From Candidatus Benthicola marisminoris (GTDB lineage Bacteria > Gemmatimonadota > Gemmatimonadetes > Palauibacterales > Palauibacteraceae), in the NCBI GenBank assembly GCA_023554335.1, contig JAMJQR010000033.1:1-62930 (forward strand): a stretch of 62,930 bases of DNA, in the 5' to 3' direction. Under the pieces are notes generated by a model. The model was given only the letters and a program-made list of their open reading frames with translations, was not told the DNA's origin and did not search any database. Made by a program: the position numbers and the translations under genes. Within the stretch, counting starts at the first letter, position 1. Every line of letters begins with the position of its first letter. Shown here in pieces: positions 11,161 through 21,335 of this stretch.

Positions 11161-12023
11161 CCGACCCGAGAGAGCAAGTCGCGCGGTACCTGCGGGGCCG
11201 AGAAGTCCTCGCTGAGCCCGAGTATTTCCTGACGGGGGAGCGCAACAGACTGCTCGAGACCATGCGGACCGGGCAGGGAGGGGGTTCTGCCTCGAGCGCG
11301 GGAACCGGGGGGGCGGGTCAGCTGGCGCGTTCAGGCAGCCGAGACGACATCCTCGCGATCGAGGACATGGAGACCCTCAACAACGTGGCCGGTGCGTGCA
11401 CGCGCTGCTCCCTTCACGAGACGCGTACGAAAGTCGTCTTCGCGGACGGCACGGCAGCGGCCCGCGTGCTGTGCGTTGGAGAAGCGCCGGGCGCGAACGA
11501 AGATCGAACGGGGGTGCCGTTCGTCGGGCGCGCGGGGCAGTTGCTGGACCGGCTTCTTCGGAGCGTGGGCTTCCCGCGAAGCGAGGTGTTCATCTGCAAC
11601 GTCCTGAAGTGCCGACCACCGGGGAATCGAAATCCGCTGCCCGAGGAGATCGAGAGATGTTCGCCGTTCATGCTCCGACAGGTTGAGCTGGTCAGTCCGG
11701 CCGTGATCATCGCCCTCGGGACGTTTGCCGCGCAGACACTGATCGGCACCAAGGACTCGCTGCGCCACCTGCGGGGCAGGACTCATCTCTACGAAGGCTT
11801 CCCCCTCGTGGTCACGTACCATCCGGCGGCCCTGCTGAGGAATCCCGGCTGGACGAGGCCATCGTGGCTGGACCTCCAGCTGGCCCGGCGGATCGCTGAC
11901 GGAGACCACGCTCCGCGCGCGGTACGCTCGCGAGACGAGGCCGGGGCCCGGGGGGCAGGGGAGACGTCGGAGCCAACCGCACAAGCGCTCGATCAACTGA
12001 GTTTCGGAGGCCGGGATGTCTGA
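11157..12023 (+). CDS. uracil-DNA glycosylase, family 4
   Basis: GEAPGANEDRTGVPFVGRAGQLL and CNVLKCRPPGNRNP motifs. Start set at GTG 11157, overlapping the coaBC stop (GTGA). The 574-aa track ORF from 10299 is an out-of-frame overlap with coaBC. Confidence 0.88.
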   Translation: MTDPREQVARYLRGREVLAEPEYFLTGERNRLLETMRTGQGGGSASSAGTGGAGQLARSGSRDDILAIEDMETLNNVAGACTRCSLHETRTKVVFADGTAAARVLCVGEAPGANEDRTGVPFVGRAGQLLDRLLRSVGFPRSEVFICNVLKCRPPGNRNPLPEEIERCSPFMLRQVELVSPAVIIALGTFAAQTLIGTKDSLRHLRGRTHLYEGFPLVVTYHPAALLRNPGWTRPSWLDLQLARRIADGDHAPRAVRSRDEAGARGAGETSEPTAQALDQLSFGGRDV

Positions 12024-13410
12024 GCCTTCTGTGATCTCACTCGACAGCTCCGCCGGCGGCCGGCAGATCCCGTGGTCCGAGGAAGCGGAGATCTCTGTTC
12101 TCTCGGCCATGCTGATCGAGGGAGACGCGGTGGCCCGCGCCATCGAAATGGTCGGGGATGGATCATTCTATCGGGAGGCCAACCGGCGCGTGTTCCGGGC
12201 GATGGTGCGCCTGTACTCACGTGGCGAAGTCGTTGACGTGGTCACGCTGTCCGATGAGCTCAAGTCAGCCGGTGAGCTCGAAGGCGCCGGCGGCATGGCC
12301 TACCTGGCCCGGCTCGTGGACGCCGTTCCGACCGCCGCGAACATCGAGTATCACTGCCGGATTCTCAAGGACAAGGCCGTACTCAGGCAGCTGATCGAGT
12401 CGGCCACCGACATCGTGCGGGAAGCGTACGACGCACCGGCGGGCGAGGTCGATGACACGCTGGACCGCGCAGAGCAACGGATCTTCCAGATCGCGCAGTC
12501 CTCGCAGCGCCAGGGATTCGTCTGGATCAAGGAGATCCTGTGGCCGACGTTCGAGCGTATCGAGGAGCTGCAGAGCAGTCCGGGTTCCGTGACGGGCGTG
12601 GCGAGCGGATTCGCCGATCTGGACAACCTGACCGCCGGCTTCCAGAAGGGCGACTTGATCATCGTGGCCGGCCGACCCTCGATGGGGAAGACGGCGCTGG
12701 CCATGAACTTCGCGCAGCACGCGGCGATCGATAAGGAAGTCCCCGTGGCCGTGTTCTCGCTCGAGATGTCGAAGGAGTCGATCGTACAGCGCCTCCTCTG
12801 TTCGGAGGGGCGCGTGGATGCCGGTCGGCTGCGGCGAGGCCGTCTCCAGGACGATGAGTATGCCCGGCTGGCTACCGCCGCTGGCCATCTCAATACGGCA
12901 CCCATCTGGATCGACGACACGCCCGCCATCACGGTGCTGGAGCTGCGCGCCAAGGCTCGCCGGCTTGCCTCGGAGGTGGACCTCGGACTCATCATCGTGG
13001 ACTACCTCCAGTTGATGAGCGGCCCAAGCAACGTCGACAATCGGCAGCAGGAGATCAGCGCGATCTCGCGTTCCATCAAGGCCGTGGCGAAAGAGCTCAA
13101 CGTGCCGGTGGTCGCTCTATCTCAGCTGTCGCGCGCACCTGAGCAGCGCACCGACAAGCGTCCCGTGCTGGCTGATCTGCGTGAGTCGGGGGCCATCGAG
13201 CAGGACGCGGATGTCGTGCTGTTCGTGTATCGGGAAGAGGTGTATCGGAGGCCGGAGGACCTGCTCGACGATTCTGGGGAATCTATCGAGGGGAAGGCCG
13301 AGCTCATCATCGGAAAGCAGCGGAACGGCCCCATTGGCTCGGTCGGACTGTACTTCCATAAGAATTACACGCTCTTCGAGTCGATCGCCCGCCAGTCGGA
13401 TACGCACTGA
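12016..13410 (+). CDS. dnaB: replicative DNA helicase
   Basis: 464 aa with Walker A GRPSMGKTALAMN and the DnaB C-terminal RecA-like domain (IIVDYLQLM, ALSQLSR). GGAGG lies 5 nt upstream. Confidence 0.96.
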   Translation: MSEPSVISLDSSAGGRQIPWSEEAEISVLSAMLIEGDAVARAIEMVGDGSFYREANRRVFRAMVRLYSRGEVVDVVTLSDELKSAGELEGAGGMAYLARLVDAVPTAANIEYHCRILKDKAVLRQLIESATDIVREAYDAPAGEVDDTLDRAEQRIFQIAQSSQRQGFVWIKEILWPTFERIEELQSSPGSVTGVASGFADLDNLTAGFQKGDLIIVAGRPSMGKTALAMNFAQHAAIDKEVPVAVFSLEMSKESIVQRLLCSEGRVDAGRLRRGRLQDDEYARLATAAGHLNTAPIWIDDTPAITVLELRAKARRLASEVDLGLIIVDYLQLMSGPSNVDNRQQEISAISRSIKAVAKELNVPVVALSQLSRAPEQRTDKRPVLADLRESGAIEQDADVVLFVYREEVYRRPEDLLDDSGESIEGKAELIIGKQRNGPIGSVGLYFHKNYTLFESIARQSDTH

Positions 13411-13491
13411 TCCCCGGGCGTGAGAAGATGTTGACGCTCGACCCGCAGGTTAGGGGGGAGCAGCCGTGACGATCCGCGGTTCCGGGAGATC

Positions 13492-14859
13492 ATGAATCGA
13501 GTCAAGACCCTGTTCGTCTGCCGGACGTGTGGAGCGGAGACGCTCCGCTGGGAGGGGCGTTGTCCCACCTGTGGAGAATGGAACTCCCTCGACGAGGACG
13601 TACGCGCCTCTGGGCGCGAGACCCGAAGAGCTGCCTCTCGAACCAGCCGGGTGACCACCCTCGGGGCTTCATCTCGCTCCGCGATCGATAGAATCGATAC
13701 CGGATTCGGCGAGGTGGATCGCGTTCTGGGAGGTGGCGTGGTTCCCGGATCCGTGGTGCTCCTGGGGGGTGCCCCCGGAATCGGGAAGTCGACGCTGCTC
13801 CTTCAGATCGCTGGTCGGATCAGGGGCTCCGGACACGACGTGCTCTACGTGTCCGGAGAGGAGTCGGCCGAGCAGGTCGCATTGCGGGCTGCGCGGCTCG
13901 GAGGCTCCCCCGACGTCTCGTTCCTTGCGACCAACGACCTCGACGAGGCGATTCTCGCGATCCGTGCCACCGAGCCGGCGGTCGTGTGCGTGGATTCGGT
14001 TCAGACGCTCAGCTCCGCCAGCCTCGGGACGGTTCCCGGAGGGGTGGCCCAGGTGCGCGAGGCGGCAGCGGCTCTTCAAAGGGAGGTCAAAGCCTCAGGA
14101 GCCACCTGCTTCCTGGTCGGGCACGTCACCAAGGGCGGCGCCCTGGCGGGCCCGCGAACGCTGGAGCACCTGGTCGACGTCGTGCTGCATTTCGAGGGCC
14201 AGCGTTCCGGGGATCACAGGATCCTCCGAGGATCCAAGAACCGGTTCGGGAGCGTTGACGAGCTGGCGGCGTTCCGGATGGAGGCGGCCGGCCTGGTGCC
14301 GGTGCCCGATCCTTCTTCCCTCTTTCTAACCGCGGACGGAATGGAGAGCTCAGGTTCCGCCGTGGCCATACCCATGCATGGGAGCCGCCCCGTACTCGCC
14401 GAGGTGCAGGCGCTCGTGGCGCGCGCCCGCTTCAGCACTCCGCAGCGCGTCTGCACGGGTTTCCCGCCGCGGCGGCTTGCTATACTGCTGGCGGTGTTGG
14501 AGAAGAAGGCGGGCGTTGCGCTGGGAGATCAGGACGTATTCCTGAATGTGGTGGGCGGACTGCGGGTGGCGGATCCCGCGGCCGACCTCGCCGTCGTCGC
14601 GGCCCTTCTGTCGGCCGGGGCGGACCGTCCGTTTGAGACGGGCACCGCATTCTTCGGCGAGGTGGGCCTCGGCGGTGAGGTGAGGCCGGTGTCCCGGGCC
14701 GAGGCGAGACTGCGGGCGGCGGAGACATCCTCCATTCAGTCGGTCGTCGTTCCGGCAGGGCTGGAGGCGGGCTCGCAGCTTTCGTCGACTCGCGTGCACC
14801 CGGTGCGTCACGTTCGAGAATTGGCACCGTTGATGGCAACGGGGAACGGGCGGCCATGA
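13492..14859 (+). CDS. radA: DNA repair protein RadA/Sms
   Basis: N-terminal zinc ribbon CRTCGAETLRWEGRCPTCGEWNS, Walker A GGAPGIGKSTLLLQ, KNRFG motif and a Lon-like C-domain. Confidence 0.96.
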   Translation: MNRVKTLFVCRTCGAETLRWEGRCPTCGEWNSLDEDVRASGRETRRAASRTSRVTTLGASSRSAIDRIDTGFGEVDRVLGGGVVPGSVVLLGGAPGIGKSTLLLQIAGRIRGSGHDVLYVSGEESAEQVALRAARLGGSPDVSFLATNDLDEAILAIRATEPAVVCVDSVQTLSSASLGTVPGGVAQVREAAAALQREVKASGATCFLVGHVTKGGALAGPRTLEHLVDVVLHFEGQRSGDHRILRGSKNRFGSVDELAAFRMEAAGLVPVPDPSSLFLTADGMESSGSAVAIPMHGSRPVLAEVQALVARARFSTPQRVCTGFPPRRLAILLAVLEKKAGVALGDQDVFLNVVGGLRVADPAADLAVVAALLSAGADRPFETGTAFFGEVGLGGEVRPVSRAEARLRAAETSSIQSVVVPAGLEAGSQLSSTRVHPVRHVRELAPLMATGNGRP

Positions 14860-15542
14860 CGGTCGCGGCGGTGGTCGTGGCGGGTGGACGGGGAGAGCGA
14901 CTTGGTGCGCCCAAGCAGTTTCTTCCGCTCGGCGGGGTCCCCCTGGTCATGTGGAGCGTGCTAGCGTTCGCGGAGCATCCGAGGGTGAAGGAAGTCATCG
15001 TGGTACTTCCAGAGGGTACAGAAGAGGCCCCCGAGTGGTTGACGGGCCGGAATGTATCCTGGTGCGCCGGCGGGGCCACTCGCCGGGAGAGCTCCGGTGC
15101 GGGCGTCGGTTCGGTCTTCTCCGACGCCTCCATCATCCTCATCCACGACGCGGCGCGGCCGTTCGTTAGCGCGGCCTTGATTGACCGGGTCATCGGCGCG
15201 GCGGAGCGCTCGCATGCCGCCCTACCGGTGCTCCCCGTGGTCGACACGATAAAGCGGAGCGAGGGGGGGCGCGTGCTGGAGACGCTCGACCGGGAGCCGC
15301 TCGGGCGGGCCCAGACGCCTCAGGGATTCGAGGCCGGTCTGATTCGCCGGCTTCACGCCGACGCGGAGCGCCATGGGCGGAACGCCTCGGACGACTCGGC
15401 GCTTGCCGAGCGGGCGGGCATCGATGTGGTGCCGGTCTCCGGCGAGCCCGACAACCTCAAGATCACGACGGCTGCGGACATGGCCTTCGCAGAATGGCTG
15501 GTCGACTCGGGCCGTGTATCTGCCGCGAGCAGCCTCCGGTAA
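14856..15542 (+). CDS. ispD: 2-C-methyl-D-erythritol 4-phosphate cytidylyltransferase
   Basis: VVVAGGRGERLG N-terminus, IHDAARPF and VVDTIK motifs. ATGA overlap with radA. Confidence 0.92.
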   Translation: MTVAAVVVAGGRGERLGAPKQFLPLGGVPLVMWSVLAFAEHPRVKEVIVVLPEGTEEAPEWLTGRNVSWCAGGATRRESSGAGVGSVFSDASIILIHDAARPFVSAALIDRVIGAAERSHAALPVLPVVDTIKRSEGGRVLETLDREPLGRAQTPQGFEAGLIRRLHADAERHGRNASDDSALAERAGIDVVPVSGEPDNLKITTAADMAFAEWLVDSGRVSAASSLR

Positions 15543-15570
15543 GGTGGCGACCTACGAGAGGGTGGGTGTC

Positions 15571-16176
15571 ATGGATCCGGCGGCCCTGGACGTCGCCGTC
15601 GCGCGGGCGGTTGAGGTCCTCGCGGAGGGCGGCTTGCTGGCACACCCCACGCAAACCGTGTATGGGATCGGGGGTGCCGTGAGCCCCGGGGTCGATCGGT
15701 GCGCCGCGCGCATGAAGGGAAGGGACCCGGACCTGTACCCTCTTCTCCGTATCGCCTCGGACCGGGCGGCCCTGCTGGCTGCGTTTCCAGGCCTCGCATG
15801 GACCGACGCGGCCTCCGCATTGGCCGATCGTTACTGGCCAGGGCCGTTGACTCTCATCCTCGACCACGATTCGAGTTCGACGGTGGCCGTGAGGGTCGAG
15901 GCACACCCGGTCACCCGACGTATTCTCGCTGCCTGGGGAGCTCCCATCGGGTCGACCAGCCTCAACGTCACGGGCACGCCGCCTGCAGCGAAGCTCGCGG
16001 AAGCGCGTCTGTGTCTCGAGCGAATGCCGGAGGCGGGAGTGCCCACCCTGCTCGTCGAGGCGGGCGACCTTCCGGGAGAGCCGGCGTCCACCATTGTATC
16101 TCTCGGGGCCGACGGTCCACGCGTCGTTAGAGAGGGCGCGATCACGGCGGCGGAGGTGCTGCAATGCGTCCGCTGA
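15571..16176 (+). CDS. tsaC: L-threonylcarbamoyladenylate synthase (YrdC/Sua5 domain)
   Basis: HPTQTVYGIGG and SLNVTG motifs. Start at ATG 15571 behind GAGGGTGG, with an alternative GTG at 15544. The track ORF from 15373 overlaps ispD. Confidence 0.85.
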   Translation: MDPAALDVAVARAVEVLAEGGLLAHPTQTVYGIGGAVSPGVDRCAARMKGRDPDLYPLLRIASDRAALLAAFPGLAWTDAASALADRYWPGPLTLILDHDSSSTVAVRVEAHPVTRRILAAWGAPIGSTSLNVTGTPPAAKLAEARLCLERMPEAGVPTLLVEAGDLPGEPASTIVSLGADGPRVVREGAITAAEVLQCVR

Positions 16177-16643
16177 GGCATGGCCAGGTGACCTCGGTGC
16201 TGTTCGTTTGCACGGGCAATACGTGCCGCAGCCCGCTCGCCGAAGTGCTGGCAAGCCGGGAGATCGAACGCCGGGGGCTGGCGATCGAGGTGTCGTCGGC
16301 CGGGACGTTGGCCGGCGCGGGGTTCCCGGCGTCCGGTGGATCACGGATTGCGGCGTCCAGGCGTGACGCGGACCTCACGGACCACCGATCTCGACCGCTC
16401 GATCCATCGGCCGTGGACGCCGACCTCGTCGTGGCCATGACCCCGGGGCACCTGGCAGACCTGCGAAGGGCTCACGGGCGGGAGCTCGGGGTCGCACTGG
16501 CCACCGAGTTTCTGCCGGAGGAGCATCCGGCACACGGGATGCCGGTGGCCGATCCGTTTGGCGGCAGCGCGGAGGACTACGAGCGGGTTGCGGATCTTCT
16601 CGAGGAGTGCGTTGCCGCCCTGCTCGACTGGACTCAGACGTGA
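16164..16643 (+). CDS. low-molecular-weight protein phosphatase (Tyr/Arg phosphatase family)
   Basis: Active-site loop LFVCTGNTCRSPLAE and a downstream DP motif. GGAGG lies 7 nt upstream of ATG 16164. tsaC followed by an LMW phosphatase parallels B. subtilis ywlC-ywlE. Confidence 0.88.
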   Translation: MRPLRHGQVTSVLFVCTGNTCRSPLAEVLASREIERRGLAIEVSSAGTLAGAGFPASGGSRIAASRRDADLTDHRSRPLDPSAVDADLVVAMTPGHLADLRRAHGRELGVALATEFLPEEHPAHGMPVADPFGGSAEDYERVADLLEECVAALLDWTQT

Positions 16644-17470
16644 TGACGGTTCGCTGGTTCGGCCTCCTGGGGGACCCGGTTTCCCACTCTCTCTCGCCCG
16701 CACTGTATCGGGCTGCGTTCGACTACCTCGGGGCCGCGGCGCACTACCGGGCGATCCGGGTTGAGGCCGGGGACCGGCCGGAGCTCGAAGCTCAGCTCAG
16801 GGACCTGTCCGCCACGGGTGGCGGCAACATCACCGTTCCCCACAAGGAGCTCGCGGCCGAGCTGGTGGATTGGCGGTCGGCCGCGGTTGAAGAAACCGGC
16901 GCGTGCAACTGTTTCTGGCTCGACACAGAGGGTCGGCTGGCGGGGGACAACACTGACGTCGCCGGCTTTCTTGCCGCTGCGGACGGGATCGACGGCCCGA
17001 GGCTGGAAGGCGCCCGCGTCCTCCTGCTCGGCGCGGGCGGGGCGGCCCGCGCTGTGGCGGTCGCCTGCGCGTCGGCTGGAGCCGCATCCCTCGGCGTCTG
17101 CAACCGTTCGGTGGAACGGGCGCGAGGCCTGATCGATGACCTGGGCCTCGGGGATCTGGCCACCCTTCATACGGCGGAATCCGAGCGAGCGCAGTCCTGG
17201 GACGTGGTGATCAACGCGACCAGCCTCGGACTCCGTTCGCAGGATCCACTCCCGCTGACGCTCGATGTCGAACGACACCGATTCGCTTTCGACCTCGTAT
17301 ACGGGCCCGGCGGTACGAACTGGACGCGCCATGCGGAGGGTGCAGGCATCCCGGCGATCGACGGCCTGACCATGCTCATCTCCCAGGCGGTGGAGAGCCT
17401 CTCCCGCTGGTTCGGGCAGCCTACCGACGTGGACGGCATCGCGCGGGTCATGCGTCAGGCCGTGACCTGA
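16643..17470 (+). CDS. aroE: shikimate dehydrogenase
   Basis: GDPVSHSLSPALY N-terminus and NAD(P) loop GAGGAARAV. Start at ATG 16643, sharing one base with the upstream TGA (TGATG). Confidence 0.9.
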   Translation: MTVRWFGLLGDPVSHSLSPALYRAAFDYLGAAAHYRAIRVEAGDRPELEAQLRDLSATGGGNITVPHKELAAELVDWRSAAVEETGACNCFWLDTEGRLAGDNTDVAGFLAAADGIDGPRLEGARVLLLGAGGAARAVAVACASAGAASLGVCNRSVERARGLIDDLGLGDLATLHTAESERAQSWDVVINATSLGLRSQDPLPLTLDVERHRFAFDLVYGPGGTNWTRHAEGAGIPAIDGLTMLISQAVESLSRWFGQPTDVDGIARVMRQAVT

Positions 17471-17475
17471 CCGGG

Positions 17476-18219
17476 GTGCGGCCCCTCCAATCCATCCTGC
17501 GCCTGCTGGATGCCCTTCTGCCACCAGGCTGCGCGGTGTGCGGCGTTGCGGTGGAGCCCGGTCCCCCGATCTGTCCCCTGTGTGCAGCCAGGGTTCATAC
17601 CGTTCCCCCTCCCGTTTGCGGCCGCTGCGGTCTCACCCGGGTCGTCCCCGGTCACGCAGCGGACACCTGCTCGGATTGCCAGTCGTGGCCCGCATCCCTC
17701 CGCCGGACCCGATCCGCGTCTCTGCATAGCGGGCCAGCGGCGGATCTGGTGCGGGGCCTCAAGTACCGGGGCTGGACCGCCCTGGCCGACTACATGGGCG
17801 GTCTCATGGTCCCTGCTGCGCAAGCCCTTGATCGCCCCGACGGAACTGTGCTCGTGCCGGTGCCGCTGGCCCGGTCCCGGCTGCGAGAGAGGGGGTTCAA
17901 CCAGGCGGAGCTGCTGGCCCATGCGTTATCGGATCGTGTGGGCTGGCCGGTTCGGTGCCTGCTGCGTCGACGCGAGGGCGGGGGAGCTCTGGCTGGATTG
18001 GGTCGAGAGGAGCGAGCGCGGACCGCGTCCGCCGCGTTCGAGCTCGCTCCGAGCGTCGGCATTCGAGGCTTCCCGGTAGCCCGTGTCGTGCTCGTGGACG
18101 ACGTGGTGACCACGGGAGCGACCGCGGCTGCGTGCGCGGAGGCGCTGACAGGGATCGGCGGGGGAGCCGTGGACGTGATCAGTTTCGCCCGGACGGACCC
18201 GCTTGGCGGCGAGTCCTGA
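17476..18219 (+). CDS. comF: ComF-family protein (zinc ribbon + phosphoribosyltransferase domain)
   Basis: N-terminal Cys pairs (CAVCG...CPLC...CGRCG...CSDC) and PRTase motif VLVDDVVTTGATA. Confidence 0.85.
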   Translation: MRPLQSILRLLDALLPPGCAVCGVAVEPGPPICPLCAARVHTVPPPVCGRCGLTRVVPGHAADTCSDCQSWPASLRRTRSASLHSGPAADLVRGLKYRGWTALADYMGGLMVPAAQALDRPDGTVLVPVPLARSRLRERGFNQAELLAHALSDRVGWPVRCLLRRREGGGALAGLGREERARTASAAFELAPSVGIRGFPVARVVLVDDVVTTGATAAACAEALTGIGGGAVDVISFARTDPLGGES

Positions 18220-18308
18220 GAAGAGGCGCGGAAGGGCTTGTGCCGGGCGCTGCCTTCCTGCAACCTATGCACTCCTCGACCTTGGAACCTCAGACGGGAG
18301 TCATTCAT

Positions 18309-19319
18309 ATGTCGGTCAAGATCGCGATCAACGGCTTCGGTCGAATCGGACGCAACATCCTTCGATCTGCGCTTCAGCAGGGCATGGGCGAGCTGGATCT
18401 CGTCGCCATCAACGACCTCACCGATGCGGCCACGCTGGGGCACCTGTTCAAGTACGACTCGGTGCACGGCGTGTATGAGGGGGATGTCCAGGTAGACGGA
18501 AACTCGCTGGTGATCGATGGCGAGCGCTTCGACGTTCTCTCCGAGCGGAATCCGGAGGAGCTTCCGTGGGCCGAGCTCGGGGTGGATATCGTGTTTGAGG
18601 CCACGGGGCTCTTTCGCAAACGGGCCGACGCAAACAAGCACCTGGAGGCGGGAGCCAGGAAGGTCGTGATCACGGCGCCGGCACCCGATCCCGACGTGAG
18701 CCTGGTCCTCGGCGTGAACACGGATGACTACGACCCGGCCAGCCACGACGTCATCTCGAACGCCAGCTGCACCACGAACTGCGTCGCGCCGGCGGTCAAG
18801 GTGCTGGTCGACAGCTTCGGTTTCGAGCGCGGGCTGATGACGACGGTTCACAGTTATACGAACGACCAGCGAATCCTAGACCTCCCCCACAAGGACCTCC
18901 GACGGGCACGGGCGGCCGCCGTGTCGATCATCCCGACGACCACAGGCGCCGCCAAGGCCACCGGTCTGGTGATCCCGGCCGTGAAGGGCAAGATCGACGG
19001 GATGGCGATGCGGGTACCCACCCCCAACGTGTCGATCGTGGACCTGGTGGCCACGGTCGGTCGCGACACGACGGTCGAGGAAGTGAACGCGGCCTACAAG
19101 TCGGCGGCCGAGGGCAGCCTCGCGGGTATCCTCGCCTACGAGGAGCGGCCGCTCGTGTCGATCGACTACGTCGGGAATCCCTTCAGCTCGACGATTGACG
19201 CGGCATCCACTTCGGTGGTCGACGGCCGGCTCGTCAAGGTCATCTCGTGGTACGACAACGAGTGGGCCTACTCGGTGCGCTGCGTCGACCTGGCTCGCCT
19301 GATCGGCCAGAGCCTCTGA
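18309..19319 (+). CDS. gap: type I glyceraldehyde-3-phosphate dehydrogenase
   Basis: MSVKIAINGFGRIGRN and the active site SNASCTTNC. GGGAG lies 8 nt upstream of ATG 18309. The track ORF from 17955 overlaps comF. Confidence 0.96.
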   Translation: MSVKIAINGFGRIGRNILRSALQQGMGELDLVAINDLTDAATLGHLFKYDSVHGVYEGDVQVDGNSLVIDGERFDVLSERNPEELPWAELGVDIVFEATGLFRKRADANKHLEAGARKVVITAPAPDPDVSLVLGVNTDDYDPASHDVISNASCTTNCVAPAVKVLVDSFGFERGLMTTVHSYTNDQRILDLPHKDLRRARAAAVSIIPTTTGAAKATGLVIPAVKGKIDGMAMRVPTPNVSIVDLVATVGRDTTVEEVNAAYKSAAEGSLAGILAYEERPLVSIDYVGNPFSSTIDAASTSVVDGRLVKVISWYDNEWAYSVRCVDLARLIGQSL

Positions 19320-19332
19320 GCGGGAGGCTCAC

Positions 19333-20529
19333 GTGAAACGCAGGGATGTGACCGGCCTGGCTCCCACGCTGGACGGGAGCCGGGTCTTGATGCGCGTGGA
19401 CTACAACGTTCCTCTCGAACCGGACGGCTCCGTCTCGGACACTGCTCGAATCGAGGCGACGCTGCCCACTTTGAGGGCCATTCTCGATCGGGGTGGTCGC
19501 CCCGTGCTCCTCTCGCACCTCGGCCGTCCAAAGGGCAAGGTCGTCCCTTCGATGTCCCTGGCGCCGGTCGCGCCGATCCTGGCGGACCGGCTCGGAGCGG
19601 TGGTGCGATTCGTTCCTTCGACGGACACGGATGAGGCGCTGGCGGCCAGCGAGGACCTGTCCCCGGGGGAGGTGCTGCTTCTCGAGAACACTCGGTTTCT
19701 TCCGGGAGAGACCGGCAATGATCCGGACCTGGCCGCCAGGCTTGCGCGCCTCGGCGATCTGTTCGTCAACGACGCGTTCGGAAGCACGCACCGGGCGCAC
19801 GCCTCGGTGGTGGGCGTAGCAGACCACCTGCGGCCCGCGGTGGCCGGTCTGCTGGTCGCGAAGGAGATCGACGCTCTCTCCGGCATCCGTGAGGGATGCG
19901 AGTCACCGTTCGTCGTGATCCTCGGAGGAGCGAAAATCGGGGACAAGATAGGGCTTCTCGAGACTTTTCTGCGATTGGCAGACGTAGTCCTGATCGGCGG
20001 TGCCATGGCCAACACTTTTCTGCGGGCCCGTGGGCTGGACACCGGAAGGTCGCTGGTCGAGGCAGATGCGGTAGAGATTGCAGGACGGTTTCTCGAGAGC
20101 GGCGGTGACAGGCTCCGGTTGCCATCCGACCTGGTCGTGGCCGATCCCGCTGCTGCCGATGCGAGCAGCGCGCGGATCGTGGACGCTGCGGACATACCGC
20201 CGGATCTCGCGGCGCTGGACATCGGGCCCGCCACGCGTGAAGCGTTCGCGTCGATTGTCCGCGAGGCGAGGACCGTATTCTGGAACGGTCCCATGGGGCT
20301 CTTCGAGAAGAGCGGATTCGACGACGGCACCGTATCCGTAGCCCGTGCGGTAGCGGAGTGCACCGCTGCAGGCGGCTTCACGGTGATAGGCGGAGGGGAC
20401 TCGGCGGCGGCGGTCCGGCAGGCCGGACTCGCTGACTCCGTGTCGCACGTATCGACCGGCGGGGGCGCCTCGCTGGAGTATCTGGCCCACGGGGCGCTCC
20501 CTGGACTCGAAGCCCTCGACCCCGCGTGA
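19333..20529 (+). CDS. pgk: phosphoglycerate kinase
   Basis: RVDYNVPL N-terminal motif and a full-length Pgk-like sequence. GTG start behind GGGAGG. Confidence 0.96.
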   Translation: MKRRDVTGLAPTLDGSRVLMRVDYNVPLEPDGSVSDTARIEATLPTLRAILDRGGRPVLLSHLGRPKGKVVPSMSLAPVAPILADRLGAVVRFVPSTDTDEALAASEDLSPGEVLLLENTRFLPGETGNDPDLAARLARLGDLFVNDAFGSTHRAHASVVGVADHLRPAVAGLLVAKEIDALSGIREGCESPFVVILGGAKIGDKIGLLETFLRLADVVLIGGAMANTFLRARGLDTGRSLVEADAVEIAGRFLESGGDRLRLPSDLVVADPAAADASSARIVDAADIPPDLAALDIGPATREAFASIVREARTVFWNGPMGLFEKSGFDDGTVSVARAVAECTAAGGFTVIGGGDSAAAVRQAGLADSVSHVSTGGGASLEYLAHGALPGLEALDPA

Positions 20530-20535
20530 GGAAGC

Positions 20536-21282
20536 ATGTCCGAAATCGATAAGCCGTTCTTCGCCGCGAACTGGAAGATGCATCTCGGCCCGGCCGAGAC
20601 CAGCGAATTCGTCCGCCGGTTCCGTGAGCTGCACCCGCCGCGCGAGAGAGGGCGGGTGGTGTTCTTCCCTCCGACTCTCAGCGTTGCAGCCTTCAGGACC
20701 GCGGCGGAAGGTCGGCCGGATCTGGAAGTAGGGGTGCAGGACGTTCATCAGGATGCGGCCGGGGCTCACACCGGGTCCGTCTCGGCGGTGATGGCGGCTC
20801 AGGCAGGAGCCGTCTGGGCCCTCGCGGGGCACTCGGAACGACGCAGGGAGTTCGGCGACGGCGATGGGCTCGTGACCGCCAAGGTGAGTCGCCTGCTTGA
20901 AGCGGGCGTGAGACCGATCCTCTGCGTAGGCGAGACCCTCGAGGAGCGGGAGAACGGGCGGCTGGACGAGGTACTCGCGCGGCAGATCGGTGCGGTTCTG
21001 GACGCCGTCGACGCCGCGGAACTCGTGTACGCGTACGAGCCGGTGTGGGCGATCGGCACCGGTCGGACGGCCTCGCCCGACGACGCGGCCAACGCGCATG
21101 GAATAGTGAGAAGGGAGATCGAGGCTCACGGCGGGTTCGCCGCTGCGCCGATCCTGTATGGGGGAAGCGTGAAGCCGGCGAATATCGAGGAGCTGCTGGC
21201 AGCCCCGGGAGTGGATGGGGTGCTCGTGGGCGGGGCGAGTCTCGAGCCCGACAGCTTCGCAGCGATCTGCGCCGCAGGCTGA
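20536..21282 (+). CDS. tpiA: triose-phosphate isomerase
   Basis: AANWKMH N-terminus and AYEPVWAIGTG active-site region. Confidence 0.96.
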   Translation: MSEIDKPFFAANWKMHLGPAETSEFVRRFRELHPPRERGRVVFFPPTLSVAAFRTAAEGRPDLEVGVQDVHQDAAGAHTGSVSAVMAAQAGAVWALAGHSERRREFGDGDGLVTAKVSRLLEAGVRPILCVGETLEERENGRLDEVLARQIGAVLDAVDAAELVYAYEPVWAIGTGRTASPDDAANAHGIVRREIEAHGGFAAAPILYGGSVKPANIEELLAAPGVDGVLVGGASLEPDSFAAICAAG

Positions 21283-21335
21283 GAATCTTCAGGCCGGCGT
21301 TGACGGAACTCCGGCCCGCGTCTAGTTTCGGCGCC

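Noticed and set aside
10299-12023. 574-aa ORF suggesting a large fusion protein ending in a UDG domain
   Set aside because: The first about 286 codons overlap coaBC out of frame and translate to Arg/Gly/Pro low-complexity sequence. The real UDG starts at GTG 11157, coupled to the coaBC stop.
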